DNA of 64,000 bases, from assembly GCA_040954595.2 (NCBI GenBank), contig CM082576.2, forward strand, positions 19,577,028-19,641,027, written 5' to 3'. Numbering within the stretch: the first letter of the stretch is position 1; every line of letters begins with the position of its first letter. The notes under the pieces were generated by a model. That model was not told where the DNA came from. It searched no databases and saw only the letters and a list, made by a program, of their open reading frames with translations. The position numbers and the translations under genes were made by a program. Origin of the DNA: Balanoglossus misakiensis. Its lineage: Eukaryota > Animalia > Hemichordata. Below, in pieces: positions 1 through 12,200 of the stretch.

Positions 1-1
1 G

Positions 2-3000
2 TTTGCTAGTCCAGTAGTTTTAGTCAAAAAGCCTGATGGTTCGTGGCGTTTTTGCACAGATTTCCGTCATTTGAATAATATTACAGTGCCTGATTCGTTT
101 CCCTTACCTAGAACTGACGAATCTCTTGAAATGTTAGGCAAGAATAAGCCTCAGTATTTTTCGACGCTTGATTTACAGTCAGGATTTTTTCAATTGGAAT
201 TAGATGAAGAGAGCAGACCAAAAACAGCTTTTGTCACACATCAAGGTTTATATCAATACAGGAGACTTGCCCAGGGGTTGCGAAATAGTCCCAGTTGTTT
301 TCAGCGTACTATGCAACACGTGTTACGCAATATTATGTGGCAATATGTGTTATGTTATATCGATGATATTATTATATTTAGCAGCTCTTTTGAGGAGCAT
401 CTTCAACACATTGATACTGTCCTAACCAGGTTACGTCAAGCTGGATTGAAATTAAAGCCCAGCAAATGTCAATTTATGAGAAAGAGTGTTAAATTTTTGG
501 GTCATATTATCAGTAAGAATGGAATTGCGGTTGACGAGAGTAAAGTAACAGCTGTTAAAGAATATCCCCGTCCTCATACTGTCACACAGCTGAAATCATT
601 TTTGGGGTTGGCCAATTATTATAGAAAGTTTATAAAGAATTTCTCGATCATTGCAAGGCCTCTGCATAAATTGTTGGGAAAGGACACGAAATTTGAATGG
701 GATGATCGATGCGAACATGCATTTGAGAAATTAAAACATGTCCTGTGTCAAGCACCAATTCTAGGGTATCCTGATATGAATGAAAATTTCACAATTTATA
801 CCGATAGTTCCACTCATGCCCTGGGGTTTGTTTTAGCTCAACGACAGAATGGTGTTGAACGAGTGATTTTATATGGGGGTCGAAGTTTAAACTGTCACGA
901 AAGAAATTACTCAATTACAGAATTGAAAGCTTTGGCCGTCATTCATGCTATCCGACAATGTGATCACTATGTACGGAGCAACCATGTCACTATAGTGACT
1001 GATCACTCCAATCTGACTTACATGTTTAAACAGAAAATACCAAGGGGGCGTATTGGCCGTTGGATAATGACCATGCAGCAGTACGATTACGAAATTATCT
1101 ATAGACCTGGTAAGAAACATATGAATGCTGACGGGTTGTCAAGGAGACCATATCAACAATGTGAGGGGTACAAGTCTGACGTCACTGATTTAGAGCATGC
1201 GCCTGAAATGAATTACAAGCCTAACAGTCAGCCAATGGTAGATAAGTGTGTAAACACTGAGCCCATAAACTCACCTTGTATAAATAATATACATACAGGG
1301 CAACAAACCGAACCTAGGGTTCATAATTCTGCTAATAGTGAGGACACATCTGGGTATGGGATTTTACTTAACAGTTCTAACGACACTTCTAACACTGACG
1401 TGGAGGAAAATGCTTCCAACACTGAAGTGGATAAAACATTCGACAGTGAGGTGCAATCACGAATGAAGGGAGAACAGAGAAAGGATGATTATTTGAGTAA
1501 ATTTCTTAATTATTTAGAGAATGATGAGTTACCAACTGATCAAAAGTTAGCTCGTAAATTTGTTAGTATGGCTCCAAATTATGACATTGTTGACGGGGTT
1601 TTGTATCATTTTTGGAAACCCACGGGGAAATCAGCTAGTAAATTAGATTGTGTTAGACAGGTTGTGATACCTAAGTCCTTAAGAAATTATGTTCTGCGGT
1701 GGGCTCATGATTGTGTTTTAGCGGGACATTTGGGATACACTAAAACGTTGGGAGTTTTAAGACAGAGGTATTTTTGGGAAAGGATGCCCCGGGATGTTAA
1801 TATGTACGTAAAGACATGCGCACATTGTCACACACGAAAGAGAGCCACACCCCCTACTCATGCTAAGTTGTTACCTATTCCAGTATCAGGACCCTGGGAC
1901 CGACTGGGTATGGATATTGTGGAACCCCTCCCTAGAACGTATGATGGTCATAAATACATCTTAGTCCTTACTGATTACTTTACTAAATTTCCACTAGCAT
2001 ATCCATTACGTAATGCACGAGCTGAGACAGTCGCTAAGATCTTGTTTGATGAAGTAATTGCTACTTATGGCAGCCCCAGAGTTTTGCTGAGTGATCAGGG
2101 ATCGAATTTTTTATCCCAAGTAGTTCGTGAAACTTGCAAATTTTTCAACATCCAGAGGAAAGTTTCGACCCCTTATCGTCCACAGACTAATGGCCTTACA
2201 GAGCGCTTCAATGGTTGCCTAGTCGACATGCTGTCCATGTTTGTCGATAGTAAACAGAAAGATTGGGATCGGTACCTAAGTTCAGTGCTTTTCGCTTATA
2301 GAGTTAGCCCTCAAGAGTCCAGTGGGTTCAGTCCTTATTATCTGTTATATGGTCGGCATCCCACATTGCCCATGGATGTTGAGTTTCAGCCAGTTGAGGG
2401 GAGGACGAGAAATATAGATACACACCTTAAACATTTAGCTGCTAAAAGGGAGATAGCTCATAAAATCGCCAAAGAGAATATAGATCGATATCAACAGAAT
2501 ATGAAGGACCGTTATGATCAAAATATCCAACGGTCACAAAATCTTAAAGTGGGGGATCCTGTATATTTATACACACCTTCTGTTAAACCAGGAGTTAATA
2601 AGAAATTCATACATAAGTGGACAGGTCCTTACATTATTTCTGAGAAGGTGGGTCCTGTTAATTACAAGTTGCGTTTCATAAATAGCACCAGGAATTATCG
2701 TAAAGTCATACATGTGAATAGACTAAAAAGAGCTTATTTGCGCCCCTCTGAGTTTGACTCATCCTCATCTGATGAGTCGTGTGAAGAAAACGATGTCCCA
2801 GAAACCACAAATTATGAAAATGGGACCGAAATATGTCAAAGTCCAGAAGCAGAAACATATGCAGAATCAGAAAATGGTTCTGATCAAATTGAGGGATTGG
2901 GATTGAGAGATTTGTCGTCAAGGACAAATCCCAGTGCATTCGATGAAACTGACAACAATGGAAATTGTCAGACTAATGCTTCTGAGCCATTTTACGATAT

Positions 3001-3187
3001 AGACAATGTGTTAAAGGGTCGATATAGAAATGGGAAATTACAGTATTTGGTTAAGTGGAAGAATTATTCAAACAAACATAATACGTGGGAGGATGAAGAC
3101 AATTTGAATGAAATTGCAAAAGAGTATTTGATAAGAAATCCTGTAAAGATACAAGGGAAACAGGTTATAGCACATTTGCACATTTAA
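2..3187 (+). CDS. pol: Ty3/Gypsy pol, 5'-truncated by the window edge: RT, RNase H, integrase, C-terminal chromodomain
   Basis: Open frame from base 2 ([25 protein letters not shown]). RT YIDD; RNase H TDSS..TDH..NADGLSR; integrase HHCC (HD..GH..CAHC) and DDE (MDIV..SDQG..TERFN); GPY/F (WTGPY); chromodomain [39 protein letters not shown]. Confidence 0.97.
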   Translation, partial: FASPVVLVKKPDGSWRFCTDFRHLNNITVPDSFPLPRTDESLEMLGKNKPQYFSTLDLQSGFFQLELDEESRPKTAFVTHQGLYQYRRLAQGLRNSPSCFQRTMQHVLRNIMWQYVLCYIDDIIIFSSSFEEHLQHIDTVLTRLRQAGLKLKPSKCQFMRKSVKFLGHIISKNGIAVDESKVTAVKEYPRPHTVTQLKSFLGLANYYRKFIKNFSIIARPLHKLLGKDTKFEWDDRCEHAFEKLKHVLCQAPILGYPDMNENFTIYTDSSTHALGFVLAQRQNGVERVILYGGRSLNCHERNYSITELKALAVIHAIRQCDHYVRSNHVTIVTDHSNLTYMFKQKIPRGRIGRWIMTMQQYDYEIIYRPGKKHMNADGLSRRPYQQCEGYKSDVTDLEHAPEMNYKPNSQPMVDKCVNTEPINSPCINNIHTGQQTEPRVHNSANSEDTSGYGILLNSSNDTSNTDVEENASNTEVDKTFDSEVQSRMKGEQRKDDYLSKFLNYLENDELPTDQKLARKFVSMAPNYDIVDGVLYHFWKPTGKSASKLDCVRQVVIPKSLRNYVLRWAHDCVLAGHLGYTKTLGVLRQRYFWERMPRDVNMYVKTCAHCHTRKRATPPTHAKLLPIPVSGPWDRLGMDIVEPLPRTYDGHKYILVLTDYFTKFPLAYPLRNARAETVAKILFDEVIATYGSPRVLLSDQGSNFLSQVVRETCKFFNIQRKVSTPYRPQTNGLTERFNGCLVDMLSMFVDSKQKDWDRYLSSVLFAYRVSPQESSGFSPYYLLYGRHPTLPMDVEFQPVEGRTRNIDTHLKHLAAKREIAHKIAKENIDRYQQNMKDRYDQNIQRSQNLKVGDPVYLYTPSVKPGVNKKFIHKWTGPYIISEKVGPVNYKLRFINSTRNYRKVIHVNRLKRAYLRPSEFDSSSSDESCEENDVPETTNYENGTEICQSPEAETYAESENGSDQIEGLGLRDLSSRTNPSAFDETDNNGNCQTNASEPFYDIDNVLKGRYRNGKLQYLVKWKNYSNKHNTWEDEDNLNEIAKEYLIRNPVKIQGKQVIAHLHI

Positions 3188-4200
3188 ATTTATGGACAGA
3201 GAAATATATGCGTAACAGAAAAAAAACGGAAAAGGGAGACACGTGGTTGAGTGAATTGAAAATGTGAATATGACTGAGAGGTATGAGTGTTGGCCGGCCT
3301 GTATGAGTGAGTGTACGATTGGCGTGTCCCTTGATTCGTTTAATGTTACGTAAGTTGTCGAATGACATTTTATTATCCGTTGTTTGCTGAGTTTAGTTGT
3401 AAGTGCTGTGCAACCTGGTTCCCGTGTCACTCTGTTTAAATGTGTTTATGTATTTGAGTTGTAAAGAAATTACCAGTGAAGTTTGAAGTTGCAGAGATTT
3501 TAACACTGGAGAAAAATGTTGTGAGTTGAATTTGCCTTTCGTTTGATGACCTAAAATAGATGGTCCAATTTGTGTAAATAGCCCCTTTTAATGGCTATGT
3601 GTTTGTATAAAGAAACCAAAGAAAATCCGATTTTCGAATGAAGAAAATGCCATTTTCGAAGTTGTAAAGAGTGGATTTTTGACAAAACGCTAAGATGTTT
3701 CAGTTTTAAATTTTTAAAGGTTATTGAATTTGCCCGACATGATGTAACTCGAGAATAAGGAATGTCGGATGATCGTTCGATGTAAAAGAATGCAAGAGTA
3801 TTTCGTTTGAGTCAATAAGACAACAGATATTAAGATTGTGTTCTATGATGGATACAACGTTTTATGGGTTTACAGAAGGAGTTGCGATTTTATTGTTTAT
3901 ATTAGTAGGTGGATAGGTGTGCGAAGGTTTTATGTGCACATACTATTTTAAGTTTATATGTACTTTTATTCTGTAGTAATTTTTGGATTGTAATTTTATA
4001 TATTTTTAAGACGATCACTTCATAGACATGACTAGATTTTTTTTTCAAATATTTTACTTCAATTTTGTTATATATATTGTACTCTTACATTTCAAAATCA
4101 TACGGTACATCTTAATATACTCTTGGGATGGAACTGAACGATTACCCTTGGTGTACTGCTCTTTAAGAGATTTGTGTCCAATGCGGGACGCATTGGTTTA

Positions 4201-4212
4201 AAAGGAGGGGAG
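4201..4212 (+). promoter_or_regulatory. Polypurine tract of the Gypsy element
   Basis: AAAGGAGGGGAG directly followed by TGTTACG; preceded by hairpin CCAATGCG-GGA-CGCATTGG (4178-4196). Confidence 0.88.
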
Positions 4213-4741
4213 TGTTACGATCTGTATAAAGGTCAAATACGATTTCAAGGGTTAATTAAGCCAGAGCTCGGGAATGTCAATGTTTGATAGTATTTGATTT
4301 TATGTATTTGAAGTAGATAGGGAGAGCGGGTGTTTAACTGACTGCTCTGATTCTCAATCATCACCGAACTGACTTTGTTATATAACACTTTATGTAAATT
4401 GGTACGTATAGAGTTGACTGATGTCCAATGAAATTGTAACACATTGTATTTGTGATATTTTACATTATTAACCACGCCTTGAGAAAAGTAATTATAAGAG
4501 AACTTTGTTTCCAAAGTTAGAGAGAATAATCTAACGGGAGATGGGAGTACCTCAGGCTACTGAGCTCGTTCCCTTCCTCATGTACTTTACTGGGCGTATT
4601 TGATGTACTATATAATTCCGGACAATAAATGAACGTGAATCAGATACGTGTCTCCGTGGATCACTGTTCCCGTCAGAGCCCGATACCTCATCGCTACAGA
4701 TTCCCCGATGCATGAACAATCATGAGAAACCAGCCGTAATA
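4213..4741 (+). repeat. 3' LTR (~529 bp)
   Basis: Starts TGTTACG after the PPT, ends CGTAATA (imperfect inverted terminus), AATAAA near 4624; homology with the copy at 45544-45844 stops at the same point. Confidence 0.8.
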
Positions 4742-6204
4742 TAAGCTAAAGTTGAATCCGGTTTTTCCATCAAGCACAAGCATATTTCAGTCATAAAAAA
4801 AACGAAGAGAATAACACTAAAAAAATATTTCCTTTTTAAAAACTTCACTATAGCATTATTATAATGATGTACGTCGTACATAAAATGATACACGTGACAT
4901 CGACTTGTTCAGAGTTTTAAAACAGGTAGAGAGTGCCCATGGGTAACCCGAAAACACACAAACCGGGTAAAAAATGAAAGTCCTGCGAAGGCCAGGAGTA
5001 TACACTGAAAAATTACAATAAATCTAGTACAAAAGTTTGTATCCTCACGAATAATTAACTCTGATTGCATAAGTTTATTTCCGTCTCATTAACTTCTGAA
5101 AGCAAATCACTCACTTGCCGGTAAAAGTTGAGTAAAATACTACATCTAAACTGCATAGCGATGGCGGCCCATAAAAATAATTGCCCAGTGTCCCACTCGC
5201 AATGCATAACTTTTTAGGCCAAGTGCTAATGATATTCGAATTTTCGAAGGTTACGCAATATACACATACATGTATAAATATTAATTTATGAACAATTTCC
5301 AGTGTTCACGCTGGGATTTCTTTCGTTCTAGTTTACTCGTTATATAATGTACCAATTCCCTCCGGTAAGTTGAGCCGATTCCCATCACTTTGAGCCAATC
5401 GATATTCATGGTTTTTCAGCATTTCAGTCGACTATATTTACACCTGTTGCATGTCTTTGCAGTTTTTGACTTGACGCTTACAACCGAGTCGCACCGCACG
5501 CAGTACTATCTTGTTGTCTTCATGTTTAGTTGTTGTTTTGCGCACACTATTTGCACAAAAATATCTGCTCGTTTTGTTATCAACGATCGAGTATATGTTA
5601 GGAAGTCCGACATAGAGAACTTTGTTCTAAATATTCAATGCCCCACAAATGATATACTAGACTGCTCGACACAACACACCCCAGCCATACTCCATTAGTA
5701 CACGCCACAAACACCGTATTTATACAGCCTGAGGGATTTCAGCTTCGAACTTATTGCCCAATCATATTCGACTATTTCCAACCAATCCCCTTCTGACTAA
5801 TTGACCAATCACACGCTTCGAGCATAATTTCCAAAAAAGGGAAAACTAACGAATTTGCTACATCTTTCCGGTTTCATCTTCAACAGTTTCTAACATTTTT
5901 TTGGACCCCCCCCCCCCTCGATAAACACCCATACTCAAAGGGTAACTTCATTTAATTGTCAGTAAATAAAATCAATTCACAGTCTTATTACATGTACTAT
6001 TTATAATATACTCAAATTTCCACTACAAAATATCTGTATATGTGCGTTAAATTCTGAAATCTTTCCACCCAAACCTCTAGTTATGCAAATTTAAATTGCT
6101 GTCTGTGTGTTCGCCTACGGTTTCTCATTTTCGGACATTCGAATCTAACTCCTGATTAGCCTATAAACTTATTTCTTTCATCAACACTTTCTAACCGTTA
6201 ACCC

Positions 6205-7410
6205 GCTGTACCTCCGCATGTCTCCACAAGAGCTAGGAGCTCAGAATCGGATGAACGAGACAAGCGGTCTCTCACGTTTAGTAACCGTAACACCGTTAAA
6301 GGTAGGTTTTCATTGATTCTAATAAGTCTCCGTTCATCAACATTTCAAAAATTCTCCATAACCCAGTAGTTGCCACTGTGCTTCAATGAAATATTTCCTT
6401 TCAAACTTGCAAATGGTAACCGAATCTCAAATCGCAAATCTTTCCATTTTTAATAACGAAGTCGGATGCCGCAATCACCAACTCACTTTTTTATCGGACT
6501 CCATCATTCTAATACTTTACTTCAATGTTCAAAAATTGTGTAAAACAATATCCACTCTCAATCTATTTTTCAGGTTTAACGGCGTTATGGCATCCCCGGC
6601 TCCCGGTCCCTCATCCCCAACCAGCCAAGGCGTGGCACTGAAATTGCGCCTCATGGAGGATGTCGAGATCCGGAATTCCGCCAACGGGAAACTGTTTAGC
6701 GTGCCTTGTATGCAGCAGGATGGCAACGTTCTGGAACTTTTCCACTGGAAGAGATAATACCATTTGCCTCTATGATAGAGCAAAGGTACGTTATAATCGC
6801 ACCCCGTAACTTATGGGCCTGACTTTTTTTTTGCCGTAGTCATTTTGGGTATCTTAACCTCCCATCTTCTACATTTTTAGAAATTTACTCTACAAAATTG
6901 AATGACCCATTACATTTTAGAGACCTTTCCCGAATTCAACCGAAGCCCAATGGGAAGGTCTTCGGATGTAATCCAATATGGCAGCCTCCATGCGATCACG
7001 TACATTGAAAATCCATTTATATGATACAACCATGCCTTGTCAACTCACCTCGGGTCAAAATTACTGCCATCGATTCATCATTTTGCAGTTCAAATTTTAA
7101 AAAGCAACTGACAAAAAACAACCACTCTTGCACTATTTCTCCACAACATTTACTACTCGTAATTATTAACATTCAATGTTTTCCATTTTATTTCCACTAC
7201 AGTATGAATCAGTGACACATACATCGAATTCTACAAAGAGACGTAAACTGACCATAACTGATGGCACAAGAGATGCTGAAGTCAACCTTTGGGGTGAGAA
7301 AACAGCGCTGCCACTGGATGTAGGTGCCACAGTTAAACTAGGCCCATTGGTTATCAACAGATATAAAACATCGTCCACATTAAATACAACAGCGACAACT
7401 GAAGTGGAGG
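6205..7410 (+). pseudogene. Decayed spliced OB-fold (RPA/SSB-like) gene in a dispersed repeat, copy 1
   Basis: Donor AAG|GTAGGT ~6301; exon 6574-6785 (cag|..ATG GCA TCC..AAG|gtacgt); exon 7203-7409 encodes KRRKLTITDGTRDAEVNLWGEKTALPLDVGATVKLGPLVINRYKTSSTLNTTATTEVE, matching the OB-fold pattern l.DgTg.i.v.LWge.a..l..G.vv.i; second copy at 62485-63750. Confidence 0.6.
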
Positions 7411-7424
7411 TGAGACATAAAATA

Positions 7425-8824
7425 CTGTTCCTGATGCTCCGTGAGAACTGTCAGGTAGCCACGGTTCTAGGCGACATAGGATGGATGTCCACGGTACGGG
7501 AGGAGGCCATGCATGTATACGGGAAGGAAAAGACCGAAGCCAACCTGCCCGTACCATCCGACGCAGCCATAAAAACCTGCACACTACCTCGGGAGTTCAA
7601 TCCAGGCCGCGTACGTGAGGGATTCGTTGGCCATATCTCCCCGCAAGAGCCCACAAGAACCACCACCGCAGCTGACGACCTGGAGGAAACTTTGAGCATC
7701 TTCCGGGATCCGCAGCTGGAAAAACAGGTACTCGGTGGTGACAAGGACCAGGCGATGGAGGTGTCGGAAGGGCCAGACCCACCCCGCACCCGTGTATCAC
7801 CCCCAATAGCAGTAGCGAGAGACGGGGGAAACCAACGGCTGCTGTAGGAGCCATCACCCCCACGCCAAGAAATGCTGCCGCTGCAGTCACTGATCAACCC
7901 ATTGGAGCTGGAGGCGACGTTGGAGGCGGGGGAATATCTAATCCCCTGGGAACTTCGACGCCACCCCGGCAGCCCTACTAGGTCCAGATCCCCAACCCGG
8001 TCGCCGCGGGACCGCCCACCTTCCCGTGAACGACCATCCTTTTCACGCTGGGGAGATCTCAGCCCCAGACGTCGATCACCGATCCGGTATCCGACGCCGG
8101 AACCGCCCAAAGAAGACGAACGCCGCTGGAGGAGCGCCAGGCCGGCCCGAAGGAGCCCCCTATCCTCTGTTCCACATTACTCATCAGGCCCTTCTCCATG
8201 TCCGTTCCCGGGAGGCCGGAGGTCCACGCGCAAACTGAAGAAACACGCCTTTCAGTGCCACCTTCCAGTTATTTTTACTGAGAAGCCGGTAGTATTCCGC
8301 GAGCGGGACGCGGTGGAGGCGTTAGAGAAACTCACCTATACTGGCTGTGTGGTCCAGGAAATGAAATACCCGACCTGCTAGACTTCTATATCCGCAGGGG
8401 CGGACCTGGACGGATCCCTACGGAATCCTTTTGTTCACCGGAGTCCATGGTGATGATGAAGCGCCTGTGCGTCTTCCAGGGGTGGGAGGTGCCGAACAGG
8501 TTCCGACTGAGCTCCCCCACCACACCAGCGATTCTCATCCACTGGCGTGTCCTTAGCATACTGCTGAGGTGGGTATCCCAATCACGACAGGAAGAATTCC
8601 GGGAAATCCGACCTCACCGGAAAACATCATCAATCCGGACACAGCAACCAGAGAGGACGGGGGCGGAAGCAGTCGCACAGAATCCATCGACGCAGGGGGA
8701 GCGAGGACGCGCCAGGGGTTTTTGATGCATTTTTTATCCCCCAAGCGTGCGCGGAGGAGTGCCGAGTGGAAGACGCACCCACCACCATAGATGACCTCAC
8801 TGACTACGATGTTGGTGTCCCCCC
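7425..8824 (+). pseudogene. GC-rich disrupted ORF: Arg/Ser/Pro-rich tract, C2H2-like finger and probable start of a TatD-like nuclease domain (mobile-element derived)
   Basis: Abrupt GC rise; fragments CPFPGGRRSTRKLKKHAFQCHLP, FRLSSPTTPAILIHWRVLSILL and VFDAFF..TIDDLTDYDVGVPP in shifting frames with stops; cut by the LTR at 8825. TatD link is motif recall, not a search result. Confidence 0.45.
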
Positions 8825-9028
8825 TGTTATGTTTCCATCAACATGGGAATAATAATGCGATCATAAGGTATAACAACAACCTATTTATTGATCGGCTGAA
8901 AAGACTCAACAACGTGCTTCGCCTTATCTGGGCGGAAGTGACGTCGTACAGCAATTCATAAACAAGTGGAACACCAACAATGCAACACTAGAGGGCGCTA
9001 TATTGATCGTAGCTGTCAGAATACTACA
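8825..9028 (-). repeat. 3' LTR (204 bp)
   Basis: TGTTATG..ACTACA; adjacent TCCCCTCTTCTT (9029-9040) is the PPT on the minus strand. Confidence 0.97.
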
Positions 9029-9247
9029 TCCCCTCTTCTTTAAGATAAATTGTTTCAAAACTCTTTTTGAATACGAATGTCACTGTGAATTGTCCTGTGC
9101 AAACTCTGCATTCATCTTGAATCAGTCTTTGTCAAAATCAAACGCAACGAACATGAAAAATACTCTGGGAAAAATGTGATAAATTTTCCTCTGTATAACT
9201 CAACTTTCTGTGGAACAAATGGCGTATCTCAATATCAGAAAAAGCTA

Positions 9248-12200
9248 TCAATCAGTCACATAATCTTTGTATCGAGACGGCTTTTGTATATTTGTTCTGG
9301 TTCGTGTTGATCTCAACGATTCTTGGGCTGGTGACGCTGGCGTTGCGGGTTGTTGAGGCGGTGTTCCCTCTGTGACTGCTGGTGCAATATTGTGTTGTTC
9401 CATCCCTGTCTGTGCTGGTTTCAGTTCTGCGCTGACTGGTTTCAGGTGGATCCTGTTGCGTCGCATTTGTTTCCCGTTGTCTAACTTCACGGTGTAGGAC
9501 CTAGGTGTGTTTGCTGGGGCTACAACTCTCGCTGGACTCCATGTTTTGCTGATTGGGTTTTGTACATGGACTTGTTGACCTGTCAGCAATTCTGGTAGTT
9601 GTCTGGAGTGCTGGTCGTGGCTGGAAGTCTGGGCCTGCTGTTGAGATGTCAGGTATTGACGAACTTCCTCCCCGTTTCTTGCTGGGTGAATTTTGGCTGG
9701 GAGAGTTGTCTTGTATGCTCTGCTGTTCAGCAACTCAGCTGGTGATGGTATGTTGGACTTCAATGGAGTCGCGCGAAGTGCCAACAATGCTAGATTCGGA
9801 TCATCTCCGGACTCTTTGCACTTCATCAGGATGTTCTTCACGGTCTGTACATGTCGCTCGATAAAACCGTGCCCTTTGGGATAGTATGGTGATGATGTGA
9901 CTATCGCAAAACCATACTTCTCAGTTAGGCTGTGGAAGTCTCTAGCTGTAAACTGAGATCCGTTGTCACAAACTAGTTTCTCGGGTATTCCTTGCTCTGC
10001 AAATAGAATTCGGAGGGCTCTCATAATGGTACTGGCTCTGAGGTCTTCAAGTTTCCTAATGAAGGGGAACTTGGAGTAGTAGTCAGCAACTATCATGTAC
10101 CATGTTTGGTTCACGTAGAATAGGTCTGCTCCAATTGTGTGCCACAGTCGTGGTGGAATTTCCATTGGAATCATCGGTTCCTTCTGCTGGGAATTCTGGA
10201 ATTTCTGGCACGCGTTGCATCCTGTTACTAGTCTCTCTATATCTTTACAAATTCCAGGCCAGTACACGCTGGATCTGGCTCTCAGCTTGCATTTCTCGAT
10301 CCCCAGGTGACTGCTATGAATGCGTTGTAGCATTTCATCTCTCATTACTGCTGGTATGAGGAGTCGGCTGCCTATCAGGATAATACCATCTTCGATAGCG
10401 ATATCGTCTCGAATAGACCAGTAGGGTCGAATATCAGCGTGAATGTCCTTGATGCTATCTGGCCATCCTTTCAGGACTTGCTGGATCAATAATTGAAGAA
10501 TTTCATCTTTGGTAGTTTCTTCTTTGATCTCCATCTGTCTCATTGGTGTGATCTTCACCAGGTGGTGTATCTGGACTTTCATGTCACTGATTTCGTTCTG
10601 ATCTTGTGGTGACAGTCTAGATAGTGCGTCGGCAAGTATCATCTGTTTGCCTGGCTTGTAGTGTATGGTGAAATCATACGGCTGTATGCGCAACAGCATT
10701 CTCTGTAATCGGGGTGGTGCCTTGGTCAAATTCTTCCTCTGAATTTGCTCCAACGGTCGATGATCACTCTCTACTATGAAACTTCTGCCGTAGAGATATG
10801 TGCGAAACTTCTCACATCCGTAGACTACCGCGAGTAGTTCTCTTTATATATTGGCGTATCGGGTTTCCGCTGGTGTCAGGGCCTTGGACGCAAATGCTAT
10901 AGGTCTCTGTTCCTGTATGAGCACCGCTCCGATTCCCTTTCCCGATGCGTCGACTTGTAGAGTGACAGGCTTCTTACGGTCGTAGTAAGCAAGTGTAGTC
11001 TTTGTGCTGATCAGGTCCTTGATCATATTGAAAGACTTTGTGTGTGTCGGAGACCACTCAAACTCAGTGTCGTCTCTGATGAGCTCTCTCAGTGGTGCTG
11101 TGTGTTCAGCTAATCTGGGTATGAATGAACCCATGTAGTTCACCATTCCGAGGAATGTGCGCAGTTCGGTCTTGTCTCTAGGCGGATGCATCATCTCTAT
11201 TGCCTTGACCTTTTCTGGGTTGGGTTTAACTCCGTCTTCTGTGTATAACATGCCAAAGAAACTACATTCTTTTGTCTTGATGTAGCATTTCTCTTTGTTC
11301 AGTTTAATGCCTGCTTTCCTGGTTCGTTCCATGGCTTCGTGTAGATGCAGGTCATGGTGACGCTCTCCTGATCCTAAGACTTGTATATCGTCTGCAATGC
11401 CGACTGCACCTTCACACTCTCTGTATGTTTCATCAATTTTGAATTGAAACACATCTTGGCTCATCCTTAGCCCAAATGGCATTCGTAGGAATCTGTAACG
11501 GCCATATGGTGTGTTAAAGGTCGTCAGGAAGGATGATTCTTCATCGATCTTTACATTCCAGTATCCGTTCCGCGCGTCTAGCTTGCTGAAAAGTGTTGCG
11601 CCTGCCAACTTTGGGGTAATCTCCTCCAATGCGGGTGTAGGGTAATGATCCCTTTTAATGGCTTTGTTCAAGTCCTTCGGGTCCAGACAAATGCGAAGTC
11701 TTCCATTGTCTTTCTCCCGGACAACAAGAGAATTGACCCAGTTCGTAGGCTGGTTCACTTTGGCGATGATTTGCTTATCTTCCATCTCCTGCAGCTCGGT
11801 TTTGAGTCTATCCATTAGTTCTAATGGAACTCTGCGGGCAGGGTGTACTACTGGTTGTACTTCTGGATCAAGAGTGATGTGGTATGTGTAGTTTTCAAAA
11901 CATCCGACCACGTCGTCAAAGCAATCAGGGTACATCCTCAGCAACTGTTCTTTGTTCTTTATGGGAGGGCGGTCCCTGGTGGGTGTATTACTGTCTATGT
12001 AGTCATCTGCAGGGTTTCTGTTTCTTCCTGCTGGCTTCTGTTCGTTCATCTTTCTCTTTTCCACTTCCACATTTCTTCCAGGCTGTGCTGTCTTGCACTC
12101 TGGGCTCGCCTGCACTTGTATGGCTTCTACTGAACAGTTTATTTGTATCAGGTTTAAGGCTCTGCTTGCCTTTAACCCTAAAATGGCTGGGCCTGCGGCG

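Larger units (their letters stand above)
1..4741 (+). mobile_element. Chromodomain-containing Gypsy LTR retrotransposon, 3' portion
   Basis: pol ORF, ~1-kb AT-rich 3' region, polypurine tract and an LTR starting TG immediately after it. Confidence 0.92.

Noticed and set aside
3188-4200. env-like third ORF in the long 3' region
   Set aside because: No substantial ORF or TM-coding frame; AT-rich non-coding sequence.
4410-4440. Hammerhead ribozyme in the LTR (CTGATG..GAAA)
   Set aside because: Core reads CTGATGT rather than CTGANGA and the flanking stems are not evident.
7176-7847. Single 223-aa OB-fusion ORF
   Set aside because: It reads through a donor site (GAG|GTGAGA at 7409/7410) into unrelated GC-rich DNA absent from the second copy; likely a chance join.
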